From assembly GCA_042408215.1 (NCBI GenBank), contig JAYFMW010000030.1, forward strand, positions 512,001 through 576,000: DNA of 64,000 nucleotides, written 5' to 3'. The number at the start of each line of letters is the position of its first letter. Positions within the stretch are counted from its first letter, which is position 1. The DNA is from Microcoleus sp. (lineage in GTDB: Bacteria > Cyanobacteriota > Cyanobacteriia > Cyanobacteriales > Microcoleaceae). Below the pieces are notes generated by a model. The model worked only from the letters and a program-made list of their open reading frames with translations, made no database searches and was not told the DNA's origin. This document shows, piece by piece, positions 30,774 through 40,885 of the stretch. A program made the position numbers and the translations under genes.

Positions 30774-33284
30774 TTAACCTCCGGTAATTTCCACGATAAT
30801 TTGTAGGTTATCCCCGCTGAGATTGAGGGGTTCTAGTTGGGCGCGTTCGATAATCCGCATCGGGATATCCTGCTGGGTAAAAATGCTTTCCCGCGCCGTA
30901 AGTTCTAAAGTATCTAGGGTATAATCTGCCCCCCGCAGAAAAATTCGGGTAACATCAATGAGTTGTGCTTTGTTGTCACCGTCAGGAATCAAGGTTTGCA
31001 AGGTGGCTAGGGAAAGATTGTTAGCCCGATCGCGAATTAATGATAGCAAGTTAGTTCGCAATTGCTCGTAGTCGAGATTTTCGCCCAGATTCAAACTCGG
31101 CAACTGTTGGGTAAAACTGGGGGTAAACAGACTGGTTAAAGTCTCTTTCATGGCGGTTTTTAGCTGTTCTGGATTGATATTTTCCGGTGGTAATCCGGTG
31201 GTATTCAGTCTCAGTTTTAACTTGCTAATGGCGATCGGCACTACCTGGACATCACTATCGATCGCAAAATCAGTGGCCAACTGGGTTTTTTCAAATGGTT
31301 CCACCCGAATTTCTTTTTTCTGAACATCTAGGCGATCGCGAGCATTTTCTAAATCTAATACCTGAAAATCTCCTAATTTCCAATTGACATCAAGCACCGA
31401 TTCAACGTCAAGTGCCCGATTGACAAATTTTTCAATTTCGATATTTTCTTCCGGCTTTAGCTGTTCCAGATAATCGCTCAATTCTTGTCTGACTTTGGTT
31501 AATACTGTCTGTTTTTCCAAAGCAGTGATGGTAAGCGGCAATATCAGTTTAATCGCACCACTAATTCTCAGGAAATTAGAGAATATAAAAGTTTTTCCTA
31601 GCTTGCCTTTTTCAACAAAACTCACCTCTACTGTTTGGTCATCAAAACTCATTTTGGGATTCCATAAATGGGGATTCATCCACACTTCGACTTCGGCATT
31701 TAGTTGAGCTTTAATCGCACTGACACTAATACTTTCACCCACTAATAGACGCTGGAAATAGGTTTGCAGTGTTTCGAGGAAAGTATTGTGAGTTTCCTGG
31801 GTTAAACTTGTGGCTTTTACTTGCACATCTACAGTTAAAGATTTAATTTCCGAAGCAACGCGGATGGATTTAACAGTGAATTTTTCCAGAATATCTGCTT
31901 CCAATCGCTTCACAGTCTTCACAGTGGAAGCATAGGAATCGACTTCTGGTTTTTTCCCTACTTGGCGCGTCGTTTTCAGAGCAAAATCTAATAAATCGCT
32001 GACGTTTTGACAGTCTAAAATTTTGCGAGTAAGTTGGGATATCAACAGCGGTTGTCCCATTTTCTGAGTTTTGAGGTGGGCGGCGATCGCCTTTTCTACC
32101 TGTTCCTCAATTTGTATCCTTTCCGCAGCAGATATCCGCAAATTTGAATTTAATTCAATGCGGAAAACACCATCAATTTCAATGGCATTCGCTGGCTTTA
32201 AAATCGCATAAATTCCCGCAGCCCTTACCCGTTCAATCTCCTGTTTGATTTGGCTAACTTTATTGGTATCTTCAAAGTCTATCCCATCGACGAATACTTC
32301 AATAACACCAAACTCCCGCAACTCGATCGGTTCACTATTACTGAGATTAAAACTAAGATCCTTGCGTAATGGTTCCCACTGCGTAGTATAACTTTGGTTT
32401 AATTCTCCGGCTTTTCCCGGTATCGATGCTTGAACACTCACTTCTACCGTTTCACCGGTAAAATTGATGCTTTCCGTTGTGATAAATTGTTTTCTAGTAG
32501 TGGTTTCCAGAACAATAGTTAATTCTGTCCCTCTGGGAATGTGAAGGGGCAATTTTTCCGCTGATACTGGCGTACTAGACAGACTGACTTTTCCTTTCGC
32601 ATTATGAAAGTTTTCTCTAACCTTAACTTCCCTAACTCCCGGTAAACTCAACAGGGCATTTTCAATCGATGTTGTATTGGCATTACTAGCAGCAATCAAA
32701 GCTTTTTTAGCCCGTTCCCGCAGTTGTTCGTCTGTCTCCCGCAGCTTACCAGTAAAGACAATTGCTTCGGGATTATCAACTGTTTTTACCCCCGGTATCG
32801 GCTGGGGCATGATTTTTACAGTTCCGGCTTTTGTAACTTCTGTTTCTCCTGGCTGTATGGCTTGTACCCGCACTTTGATCGATGTTTCCGTGGGGGGAAT
32901 AATTTGCGCTTCAATGGTTTTGTAAGCTTTTTTCGGTGATTCTTCCTTATCTTCTGTGGTGACTAATGTTCCGATGGGAATCGTGATATTTTCATCCAGT
33001 CCCAAATCGCGATCGAAAGTAACTATTCCGGTAGCATAATCTGGTTCGCCGCGTTTAATCCCTAAAATCGCGACTACTTTATCTAGATCCACTTCGGCGG
33101 CGGTATCCACATAAGCAGATAGGTAAACCCGCTGCATTTCTTCGTACAAAATCGCCATTTCATAAGCGAAGGATTCGTACAGGGTGCGAACCACACTTCC
33201 GGTTTGAAAGTCGCTGACGGTGGAGACGGTGCGATCGCGCATCGCCTCAAATATTTGGGTAAAATTCTTCTGTTCAAAAACCAT
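30774..33284 (-). CDS. Baseplate J/gp47-like protein, extended (836 aa)
   Basis: DFQTGSVVRTLYESFA, AYVDTA...LDKVVAILGIKR, ETDEQLRERA, RAAGI. Confidence 0.88.
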   Translation of the reverse strand: MVFEQKNFTQIFEAMRDRTVSTVSDFQTGSVVRTLYESFAYEMAILYEEMQRVYLSAYVDTAAEVDLDKVVAILGIKRGEPDYATGIVTFDRDLGLDENITIPIGTLVTTEDKEESPKKAYKTIEAQIIPPTETSIKVRVQAIQPGETEVTKAGTVKIMPQPIPGVKTVDNPEAIVFTGKLRETDEQLRERAKKALIAASNANTTSIENALLSLPGVREVKVRENFHNAKGKVSLSSTPVSAEKLPLHIPRGTELTIVLETTTRKQFITTESINFTGETVEVSVQASIPGKAGELNQSYTTQWEPLRKDLSFNLSNSEPIELREFGVIEVFVDGIDFEDTNKVSQIKQEIERVRAAGIYAILKPANAIEIDGVFRIELNSNLRISAAERIQIEEQVEKAIAAHLKTQKMGQPLLISQLTRKILDCQNVSDLLDFALKTTRQVGKKPEVDSYASTVKTVKRLEADILEKFTVKSIRVASEIKSLTVDVQVKATSLTQETHNTFLETLQTYFQRLLVGESISVSAIKAQLNAEVEVWMNPHLWNPKMSFDDQTVEVSFVEKGKLGKTFIFSNFLRISGAIKLILPLTITALEKQTVLTKVRQELSDYLEQLKPEENIEIEKFVNRALDVESVLDVNWKLGDFQVLDLENARDRLDVQKKEIRVEPFEKTQLATDFAIDSDVQVVPIAISKLKLRLNTTGLPPENINPEQLKTAMKETLTSLFTPSFTQQLPSLNLGENLDYEQLRTNLLSLIRDRANNLSLATLQTLIPDGDNKAQLIDVTRIFLRGADYTLDTLELTARESIFTQQDIPMRIIERAQLEPLNLSGDNLQIIVEITGG

Positions 33285-33295
33285 AATCAAACTTC

Positions 33296-33760
33296 TTAAT
33301 TTCCAACTATCGATATATTCAGAGTCAGCGGTGTATCTAAATCTACCACTTTTACGATGATTTTAGCTTTTAAAGTGTTAGGGTCTTTCAAGCGAGATGG
33401 CGGTTCAAAAACAATATCAATTATCTCATCTATTCTGCTTTCTTGATGCAAACATTCCCGGATATAAATATTGGCTAAACCTTGGGTTTTTATGTTGTTT
33501 AGTTCGCCCACCAACAGATATAAGCGCGAACCATAATCGGGATGTCCTAAACTAGCTAGTTCTCCTTTGCGGGTATAAAGTCGATTTAAAATCGCTTGAC
33601 TTAAATTATCTATTTTTGTTACCGTTGCTAAGTCGCGATTCTCGGCTTCTAAATCTACGTTGTTCCAATCGGCAATTCTGAGCAATTGACGATTCTGCGA
33701 TTCTAAATCTCTGGAGTAGAGAGTTAGTTTTAAATCGAACTTTTGTAAATCATCATCCAT
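33296..33760 (-). CDS. GPW/gp25 baseplate wedge protein
   Basis: NLSQAILNRLYTRKGEL..LGHPDYGSRLYLLVGE. Confidence 0.88.
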   Translation of the reverse strand: MDDDLQKFDLKLTLYSRDLESQNRQLLRIADWNNVDLEAENRDLATVTKIDNLSQAILNRLYTRKGELASLGHPDYGSRLYLLVGELNNIKTQGLANIYIRECLHQESRIDEIIDIVFEPPSRLKDPNTLKAKIIVKVVDLDTPLTLNISIVGN

Positions 33761-33766
33761 AATTTA

Positions 33767-34291
33767 TCACGATTTTTTGATTTGTTCAATCGTTGCTTGA
33801 GAAAACGTTACATCGGCTTGACTCAAGTCAACTTTTCCGGTGATTTTGACATTCCCAGCGATCGCTAAATTACCAGAAATTTGAATGGGTTTCTCATTCT
33901 GACTAGATAACTGAATGTCACCATCGGCAATTTTGATAATAGTACCACCAAAGCTAACTGTAATCGATCGCTCTGTCACCTCGATCGCTCTTTTGCCATC
34001 ATGCTCAACAGCAAAATTACCTTGAGCCACAATCCGATTCTTAGTCACAAAAGAAATGCCATCTTTTTGGTCTAAGCAAATCTTAGCATGACCGGATTTT
34101 TCGGGTTCTGGACAAGTTTCATCAGTCCCCTGACAAAAACCCTTAGCATGGGGTTTTTCTACCCGACTCGGCATATCGTTGGGACAGATAAAAATCTCTA
34201 AATATAACGGATCGGCATTGGGCTTTTCCTGAATCGTTTGACTCCCTGTATCATAAATATAATCGCTATTAGCACCTTTAATTCTGACCAT
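33767..34291 (-). CDS. Spike-associated hypothetical protein (Cys/His-rich N-terminus, beta-repeat C-terminus)
   Basis: ICPNDMP..EKPH..FC.GTD..CP...GHA..C, then I.I.G repeats; start moved to ATG 34291 because the upstream part is repeat DNA. Confidence 0.6.
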   Translation of the reverse strand: MVRIKGANSDYIYDTGSQTIQEKPNADPLYLEIFICPNDMPSRVEKPHAKGFCQGTDETCPEPEKSGHAKICLDQKDGISFVTKNRIVAQGNFAVEHDGKRAIEVTERSITVSFGGTIIKIADGDIQLSSQNEKPIQISGNLAIAGNVKITGKVDLSQADVTFSQATIEQIKKS

Positions 34292-34444
34292 CTTCTTAAT
34301 ATTTGGGGTGGAAAGTTGACTGAACAAACGAGCATAGGATAAAGGCAAAAAAACCCGGTTTCTTAGAAAAATAGTGGCTCTCCACCAGAGATATCCAGGC
34401 AGAAACCGGGTTTTTGGCCCCGCCTGCGTCCAGGAATGGAGCAA

Positions 34445-35296
34445 TTAACCGACTTGAGTATTTCTAGCTTTGGCTTGAATAGAATTAATCTTTTCAGTTG
34501 GGACCATCACCGGACAAGGCGCACCTAAATTCCCCATGTGAGTGTGCATACTGAGAATAATATCATCACCATCGCCCACTGCATTAGCTAATAATCGGCC
34601 GCCAACTTGGATCGAACCCGTCGCAGCATCACCAATTTTAATGCTACCCATACTTTTGACACTGACATTGTTACTAGCAGCGTCAATAGTAATGCCCCCA
34701 GCTTCGATTTTAATTTTGCAAGTACCATTATCAATGGTAATGTTGCCACCACTCAAAACTACTTTACATTGTTCATTTTTGAGCGTAGCATCTCCCCCCT
34801 CTAAAGTTAAATGACATTTCTCATTCGTCAGATCAATTTTATCATCATTAACCGTAATTACGTGCTTTTCATTTTTGCTAGTGACGGTAATTGATCCCTC
34901 TTTATCAATTTTTAAACTGCCCCCTTTTTCTCGATCGTGTTGCAGCAAAAATTCCTTTTCTTTATTGACTGGAGGTTGGTCTTCATCATTATACAACCGC
35001 CCAATAATTATCGGAGCATTAATATCGCCTCCAATAAAAGTCACCAAGACTAAATCTCCCACATTGGGAATATTCGCCAGTCCAATATGGGGCGTAACAG
35101 TTGGCACTTTCCGCAATTCAAAATCTTTGCCATCGGGCTGCTTTTTATTCTTCAATCTTACGGAACATTGGTAGTTATCTTTATCGCTATCCGAAGCATG
35201 GGGAAATATTGCCGTCACGATGCCAAGTTCGGTAGTATAAATTTTTTGTGCTTCTTGCTGGGCAACTTTTTGCATTACCCCAATAATTGAATCCAT
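34445..35296 (-). CDS. Baseplate spike protein (gpV/gp5-like OB-fold plus beta-helix)
   Basis: ELGIVT, IPNVGDLVLVTFIGGDINAPIIIGRLY, beta repeats, apical HTH (SMHTH); TAATG overlap with the hub gene. Confidence 0.88.
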   Translation of the reverse strand: MDSIIGVMQKVAQQEAQKIYTTELGIVTAIFPHASDSDKDNYQCSVRLKNKKQPDGKDFELRKVPTVTPHIGLANIPNVGDLVLVTFIGGDINAPIIIGRLYNDEDQPPVNKEKEFLLQHDREKGGSLKIDKEGSITVTSKNEKHVITVNDDKIDLTNEKCHLTLEGGDATLKNEQCKVVLSGGNITIDNGTCKIKIEAGGITIDAASNNVSVKSMGSIKIGDAATGSIQVGGRLLANAVGDGDDIILSMHTHMGNLGAPCPVMVPTEKINSIQAKARNTQVG

Positions 35297-36265
35297 TATT
35301 TTTCCTCCCAATCAATCGTGGTTAAAAAACCCTGATGGCGGTTCAGGATATGCTTAATTCCAGTCACTTTAAAACTGCCATTTTGCTTGCTAATGGGCAT
35401 TTTTGTGATTTGGATACCATCGCCTAATTTGACATTGGCTGCACCCATCGCCACGATCTGTCCCCGTTGCTTTTGTTTCAGATGACTTAGCACCCCCCGT
35501 GCAATACTTTGAGCAACAGCTTGGCTGCGTGCGGTGGGATCGGCCAGTCGCAGAACGTTTCCACCCGCATCCCGCCGTGGCTTTCACTTCGTTTTTAGTC
35601 AACCAAGAATAAGCCTGTTCTCCTTGTCCTTGACTGGCTGGACTTTCTCCATAAATTTCTACTTTTTCGATGCCTTTTTGCGGTTGTTTTGAGCAGTATT
35701 TGAGCAAATCTTGACCGTAAGTAAAAGTATGAGTTACAGCAGGAGTGTACTGGGAAAAAATTGCCCGATCGCGATCGTTAGCATAAACATCAAAACCGCA
35801 TTGTCGAGCTAAGTTATACAAGCAATCGGCCGCATTTTGGCGATCGCCCACCGTATAAACCGAAAATTTAATCCCATTCTCAACTTTACCAATAGTCAAC
35901 TTCGCTTGTCTGAGAATATCTTTAACAATATCCCCCCCATGAGATTTTTCATAAACCCGATTCAATCGCAGCAAAGTTAAATCAGTAAAAGCACTAGCCG
36001 CCTCAATCTGAACGCGATCGATTTCCCAATCTACACAAGTCACTCTACCTGTAAATACTAAGGTAGTTTGTTTCTCGTAACCGATTTCTATAGATACCGG
36101 ATCTTTGGGAGAAACCTCCACATTTTTCGGGATACCTAACACAATCCGACAAGTGTTGACGGGAATATGCAAAGAAGCTTGCGATCGCAAATCGAGTAAC
36201 AGCGTTCCATCATTCGCCGTGTAGGTAGTTCTGCCGAGTTGGATTTTGTAACTAATCTTTAACAT
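35296..36265 (-). CDS. Baseplate hub (gpD/gp27/gp44-like), split by a +1 frameshift at ~35568
   Basis: VFTGRV, LARQCGFDVY; removing one base joins KATAG to GGNVLRLADPTARSQ...VKLGDGIQI...NGSFKVTGIKH...GFLTTI (ORF 35296..35493). Confidence 0.8.
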
Positions 36266-36362
36266 CAAAATCACCCCTATACTGGTAAAGCATTTACAGC
36301 AGATTGCAGGTTTATGAAGTACATCCCAGAGCGAGCGATCCCCGTAGGGAAACGGCAATGCT

Positions 36363-36569
36363 CATTGGTGTAAACTTAACGTCAAACCCTGTCAGAAACG
36401 GCTGTTTGACTATTAAGCCTAGATCCCCCCTAGCCCCCCTTAAGAAGGGGGGGACAAGAGTCCGATCAAAGTCACCCCCTACTCCCCTTCTTAAGGGGGA
36501 TTTAGGGGGATCTAGACTCAGGTAAAAGCGATATTTATCAAGGGTTTCAGGCTTAAGTTGACACTAATG
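36363..36569. mobile_element. MITE (same family as 26716-26955) nested in a REP-like palindrome
   Basis: CATTGGTGTAAACTTAA...TTAAGTTGACACTAATG; the region is flanked by a ~40-bp direct duplication. Confidence 0.75.
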
Positions 36570-36610
36570 GGCGAAAGCCTTTGTCCCTACTTTAACATCA
36601 AAATCACCCC

Positions 36611-39600
36611 CTATACTGGTAAAGCATTTAACAGGCGATCGAAAGCTTCCTCCACATCTTCTAACCCAATATTTAGTTCACTTTTTAGCTGTTCCAGCCT
36701 CGCCCTTAAGTCTTTAAACAACTTATTAATTGCCTCCCGTAGGGCTTCAGTTTTCTTGACAACTTTCTGATACTGACCGTCGAGACTACTGGCGACAGCA
36801 CCCAGAAGATCGTGGAACAATTGAATAATTTTAGCGTGCAATTTATCCAATTCATCGACAATTTTTTGCGGATAAATTTCTGCTAATTGCTGCTGGATAT
36901 AGGGAAAAATTGACTCAATATTCATCACCAATTCCCCGGCATAATTCGATTCTATCAACACCCGGTTGAAGTGAACAATATTATTTCGATAGTCACCTTG
37001 AGATAACTTTTGCGCTTCAGGAGACAGTTGTATTCCCTGTAATTGGTCTGGTTTATAGAGGTTTTCATCCAACAGTAAGCGATTCAAATCCCGAATTACT
37101 GCTAGTTTTGTGCCGGGGGAGTTGACAGCAAGCAAAGACTGAGTATTCGCAGTCAATTGAGATTTGATATAAACAGTCAGACTGTCTTGAGATTCCCGCA
37201 GTTTTTCCAGAAACTTATCAAAATTGATAAAATCGCTGTCTTCAAAACTATTAATAATTCGGTGCGGGCTGAGGAATTTTACAGTCTCCCAAACATTGTT
37301 ATAGGTTCCTTGCAATGCCGTCACTACTTCGCTAACTAGACTATTAATTACAGCTTTCACTGCATTAATAGCATCGCGTATTTGAGCGCCTAAATTCGTG
37401 GCAATATTGCTCAAAATATCCGCTAATCTTCCTGGTGCTTCTGATAATTTTTGAATCACCAGTTTGATATCACCAAGCACGGAACGAGGTTGTGCTAGTA
37501 AATTATCTAGGGAATTGAGCAGGTTTTGGATCGGATTAATCAGTTGTCGATCCAATTCCTCTGGTAAGAATTGTTTGAAACTGGTAAGCATCTGCTCGGT
37601 ATTAAAGTTTTGAATCACTTCAATACTGTTGGGTAGATTTGGTTTGAGTCGATCGCCATCTGTTGTCAGCAATTGCTCCACTCGTTCATAAACCGACTGC
37701 GGATTGGTGGTGTTGATGCCATCATAAAGTCTTTGTAGGCGATCGCGCAAATCTTGATAATCCACCGCCAATTCTGCTTGGGGACTAAATTGAGCCAAAG
37801 TCAATTGCTTTGCTTCCCACAACACCTGCACTTCAACCATCACCGGAGCATATTCGCTGACAGCCGCTTGCAAACTGCTCAAATCAAAACCAACATTCGG
37901 GTTTTTCTGAATTTTCACATAATCTGTAATTGCCTGTTTCAATCCTCCTACAGATACCGTTAACTGCTCTGTACCGATCGCATTAACTCGCTCAACCACG
38001 CGATCGCGCAGAGATTCAATTTGCTGAATTTTGTCAGCAAAACTGTAGCTCAAAATATTTTCTAACGTCAGCCAAAAATCCGATTGCACCACATCTGCCA
38101 AACCCACACTCGCCATCAACTTATCAACTTGATTCAATCCCTCATTCACTTTTGCTACTAAAGCTTCTACCGGAATCTCATCCAAATTTTTAGTCACAAT
38201 TGCCAACTGCTCCTTCAGAAAATCAGTCATCCTATCTGGAGACAAAGATTCAATAATTTGCACCAGTTTTTGATAAAGCTCATCTAACTTATCAACTAAC
38301 TGCTGAGGATCGATCGCATCCAGCTTCCCAAGCATTTCATCATAAAAATCCTTAACTGGTTTCAGCAAAATCGAAGGTTTGTACTCATCAATTTTCGCTA
38401 CCACCGTATCTAGAGAAGGTTTGACAACTTTTTCAATTAAACTTCCCGGTTGAAAAGATTGAATTTTTGCATCAATTTTATCAACTTCTCCCTGAATCAA
38501 TCCTACCAAGTCTTCTATCGGCTCCAGAATTTCTGCAAAAGCCAAGTTCAATTCTGGATTGACAATCCCCGGTACATCCACCTCTTTAATAATTGTCGTC
38601 CCCACTTTCAGAGCCACTTTAGTTGGGGTAATAAGCTTAGCGGCATCAATCCCGCGCAACTTAGTTTCTAGATCGCCCGTTTTATCAACTACCGCCTTAA
38701 ATGCAGGTTTAAGTGATACTTTTCCTAAGTTATCAGTAATCAATTTAATCCCACTTTCTGCCTCTTTGAGACTGTGTTCTACCAGGGGATTATCTAAGAC
38801 TTGCGTAACTCGATCGAGTAATTGATTGATTTTATCCTCTAAAGCTTGCCTGTTAAGATTAGTTTCAATTTTGGTGTTTAATCCCCCGATACTGCTTCTT
38901 ACTTCCTCCGTTGTTTTGTGAATTTCCACCGAAATTTTATTAATATTATTGACCACAAATGTTGAGGCTTCGTTGCAACTCCGCTTTAGAGGTTTAACCA
39001 ACTCCATTGATTCCGCGCAAATTTTGTCAATGAAATCTTTAATTTCCCGGATTGCATCAGACAGAAAACTTTTGATTTGACTTAAAACGTCCTTACCTTT
39101 GTCGATCGCCTGAGCAATGGCTGTAGTCGCTTGTCTGGCCAATTCCTCCGCCTTGCTAATAGCAGTATCAATCAGTTGAGGGATTTTTTGGGTAAACTGT
39201 CGCAGTTTAGCCGTAATCTCTGCAACTTTTCGATCGATCGTGTCGATATAAACTTGAAGCTGATTAAATAGCGGCACTAAGGAAAGCGTATTTTCATCGC
39301 TGGCGGCTACTTGCGAAAGTTGAACTAAAGCAGTATTGAAACTCTCGATAGTAAAATTATTTAAATTAGCGATCGCCCTTTTAATTCTCGCTTCATTTTC
39401 CTCAATATTTCGAGAAAGTTTCCTAGTTTTTTGACGCAACTCTGCCATCGATAATTTGTCGAGTTTGTTGGGATTTTCTAACTGGTTCAGAATAGCTTGA
39501 TATTCACCAAAATATTCGCGACGCTGATGAATATTCGTTTCAATACTCTGAATCGCCTGGGAAGGAAGTTGTTGGCTTAAGGATAAAACTTGAGCTGTAA

Positions 39601-40174
39601 AAAGGCTGGTTAAACTAGCCGAACCCAGTTGGCTGAGTAATTCATCAGGATTAGATAGTTGATCGAGTAATTTCTGAAACACCTTTAACAAAGCATTAAA
39701 TGTCCGCACTGGCAACATTTGGGCCTTACTCAGGAATTCGTTAAACTCACTAAATATCGAGTTAGCAACAGGTGGCAAATCGCCAAGGCTGATACTGAAG
39801 CTCAAATCTTGAGTCAAACTGACAATTGTTGATTTAACTTCACCCACCAAATCTATATTTTTAAAACTATCAGCACTAGGAATTGGAATAGCTGCGGATA
39901 AACTTGCCAAATTCAGCGTAGTGAGTTGATGGAATTTAGTAGTTACTTCTGCTTTCAGTTCATTGGCTGACAAAGGAACTGATGAAATTGTCTTTTCTAT
40001 ATTGCTTAAATCTAATTTTGGCAGATTTATGCCCTTTTTGAATTCATCAAAATCTGGCAGTTGCGGTGTTACTTGGCCCAGAATAGTTTCCGGGTGACTA
40101 AGTTGATTTGTGAAATCAGCAAAGGTCGCTTCAGGGTTAATGTAATTTAAATCTTCTAAGAGAGAAAGTGCCAT
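36611..40174 (-). CDS. Long amphipathic alpha-helical protein (tape-measure candidate or cargo), 1187 aa
   Basis: Predicted helical L/I/V-rich periodicity, recurring ..P..L motifs, no catalytic motif recognised; lies within the tail operon. Confidence 0.55.
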   Translation of the reverse strand: MALSLLEDLNYINPEATFADFTNQLSHPETILGQVTPQLPDFDEFKKGINLPKLDLSNIEKTISSVPLSANELKAEVTTKFHQLTTLNLASLSAAIPIPSADSFKNIDLVGEVKSTIVSLTQDLSFSISLGDLPPVANSIFSEFNEFLSKAQMLPVRTFNALLKVFQKLLDQLSNPDELLSQLGSASLTSLFTAQVLSLSQQLPSQAIQSIETNIHQRREYFGEYQAILNQLENPNKLDKLSMAELRQKTRKLSRNIEENEARIKRAIANLNNFTIESFNTALVQLSQVAASDENTLSLVPLFNQLQVYIDTIDRKVAEITAKLRQFTQKIPQLIDTAISKAEELARQATTAIAQAIDKGKDVLSQIKSFLSDAIREIKDFIDKICAESMELVKPLKRSCNEASTFVVNNINKISVEIHKTTEEVRSSIGGLNTKIETNLNRQALEDKINQLLDRVTQVLDNPLVEHSLKEAESGIKLITDNLGKVSLKPAFKAVVDKTGDLETKLRGIDAAKLITPTKVALKVGTTIIKEVDVPGIVNPELNLAFAEILEPIEDLVGLIQGEVDKIDAKIQSFQPGSLIEKVVKPSLDTVVAKIDEYKPSILLKPVKDFYDEMLGKLDAIDPQQLVDKLDELYQKLVQIIESLSPDRMTDFLKEQLAIVTKNLDEIPVEALVAKVNEGLNQVDKLMASVGLADVVQSDFWLTLENILSYSFADKIQQIESLRDRVVERVNAIGTEQLTVSVGGLKQAITDYVKIQKNPNVGFDLSSLQAAVSEYAPVMVEVQVLWEAKQLTLAQFSPQAELAVDYQDLRDRLQRLYDGINTTNPQSVYERVEQLLTTDGDRLKPNLPNSIEVIQNFNTEQMLTSFKQFLPEELDRQLINPIQNLLNSLDNLLAQPRSVLGDIKLVIQKLSEAPGRLADILSNIATNLGAQIRDAINAVKAVINSLVSEVVTALQGTYNNVWETVKFLSPHRIINSFEDSDFINFDKFLEKLRESQDSLTVYIKSQLTANTQSLLAVNSPGTKLAVIRDLNRLLLDENLYKPDQLQGIQLSPEAQKLSQGDYRNNIVHFNRVLIESNYAGELVMNIESIFPYIQQQLAEIYPQKIVDELDKLHAKIIQLFHDLLGAVASSLDGQYQKVVKKTEALREAINKLFKDLRARLEQLKSELNIGLEDVEEAFDRLLNALPV

Positions 40175-40298
40175 AAATTTAATTCCCAAGGTAAAGATAA
40201 AATGTTTTTTTTTGAGCAGATTTCCAGATTTTCGGGGAACAATTGAAATCTAACAGGTGGCTGGTATTTACTCCTAGGTCTACTTGAATATTTCAGCA

Positions 40299-40883
40299 CT
40301 AAATTTTAAAAAGTGCTTTCAATCCAGCAGTCGCTTGGTCAAAGTTTTTAGTGGCTTCTTTCACAGGTTCTAAACCTGTTTTCAAAGGTGCGATCGGGTT
40401 AGTAATTTCTGGCAAATTCCCCATTTGCAAAGCATCAGTCAGACTCACAACATCCATCAGTTTAGCAGCATCAAGCTTAATTTTTTGATCTAGATTAGAA
40501 ACTCCTGGGGATGCAATGGGTTTGGGAGGTTCAACATACTCTTGAACAATCAGTCGATAGCTAAATTCATCGGGCGATCGCGCAAGTTGCCACACTTCCA
40601 TTTTTTCTAATACAACTTGGCTAAAATAGGCTTGACCGACTATTTCCGCCACAAAGTCAACGGCTTTTCGCTGTTTGTGGATTTTTCGCAGAAAATCTAA
40701 ATCATCCCCTGCTTTTTGTCCGTAAAAAATTCCGCTAATTTCCAATTGTACCGAATCCCTTCCCAAATCTTGCACCAGATTTCCCAATTTACCAGGAATC
40801 CGATGAGTCACCCAATCCGCTTGTTCTAGGGTGACAATTTTATGCACTTTATTGAGTTCAACTTTTCCTAATTTGATGGCCAT
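40299..40883 (-). CDS. Tube initiator (Mu gpN DNA-circularization N-terminal / gpU-like)
   Basis: HRIPG..GNLVQDLGR...LEISGIFYG...FSYRLIVQEY. Confidence 0.72.
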   Translation of the reverse strand: MAIKLGKVELNKVHKIVTLEQADWVTHRIPGKLGNLVQDLGRDSVQLEISGIFYGQKAGDDLDFLRKIHKQRKAVDFVAEIVGQAYFSQVVLEKMEVWQLARSPDEFSYRLIVQEYVEPPKPIASPGVSNLDQKIKLDAAKLMDVVSLTDALQMGNLPEITNPIAPLKTGLEPVKEATKNFDQATAGLKALFKI

Positions 40884-40885
40884 AA

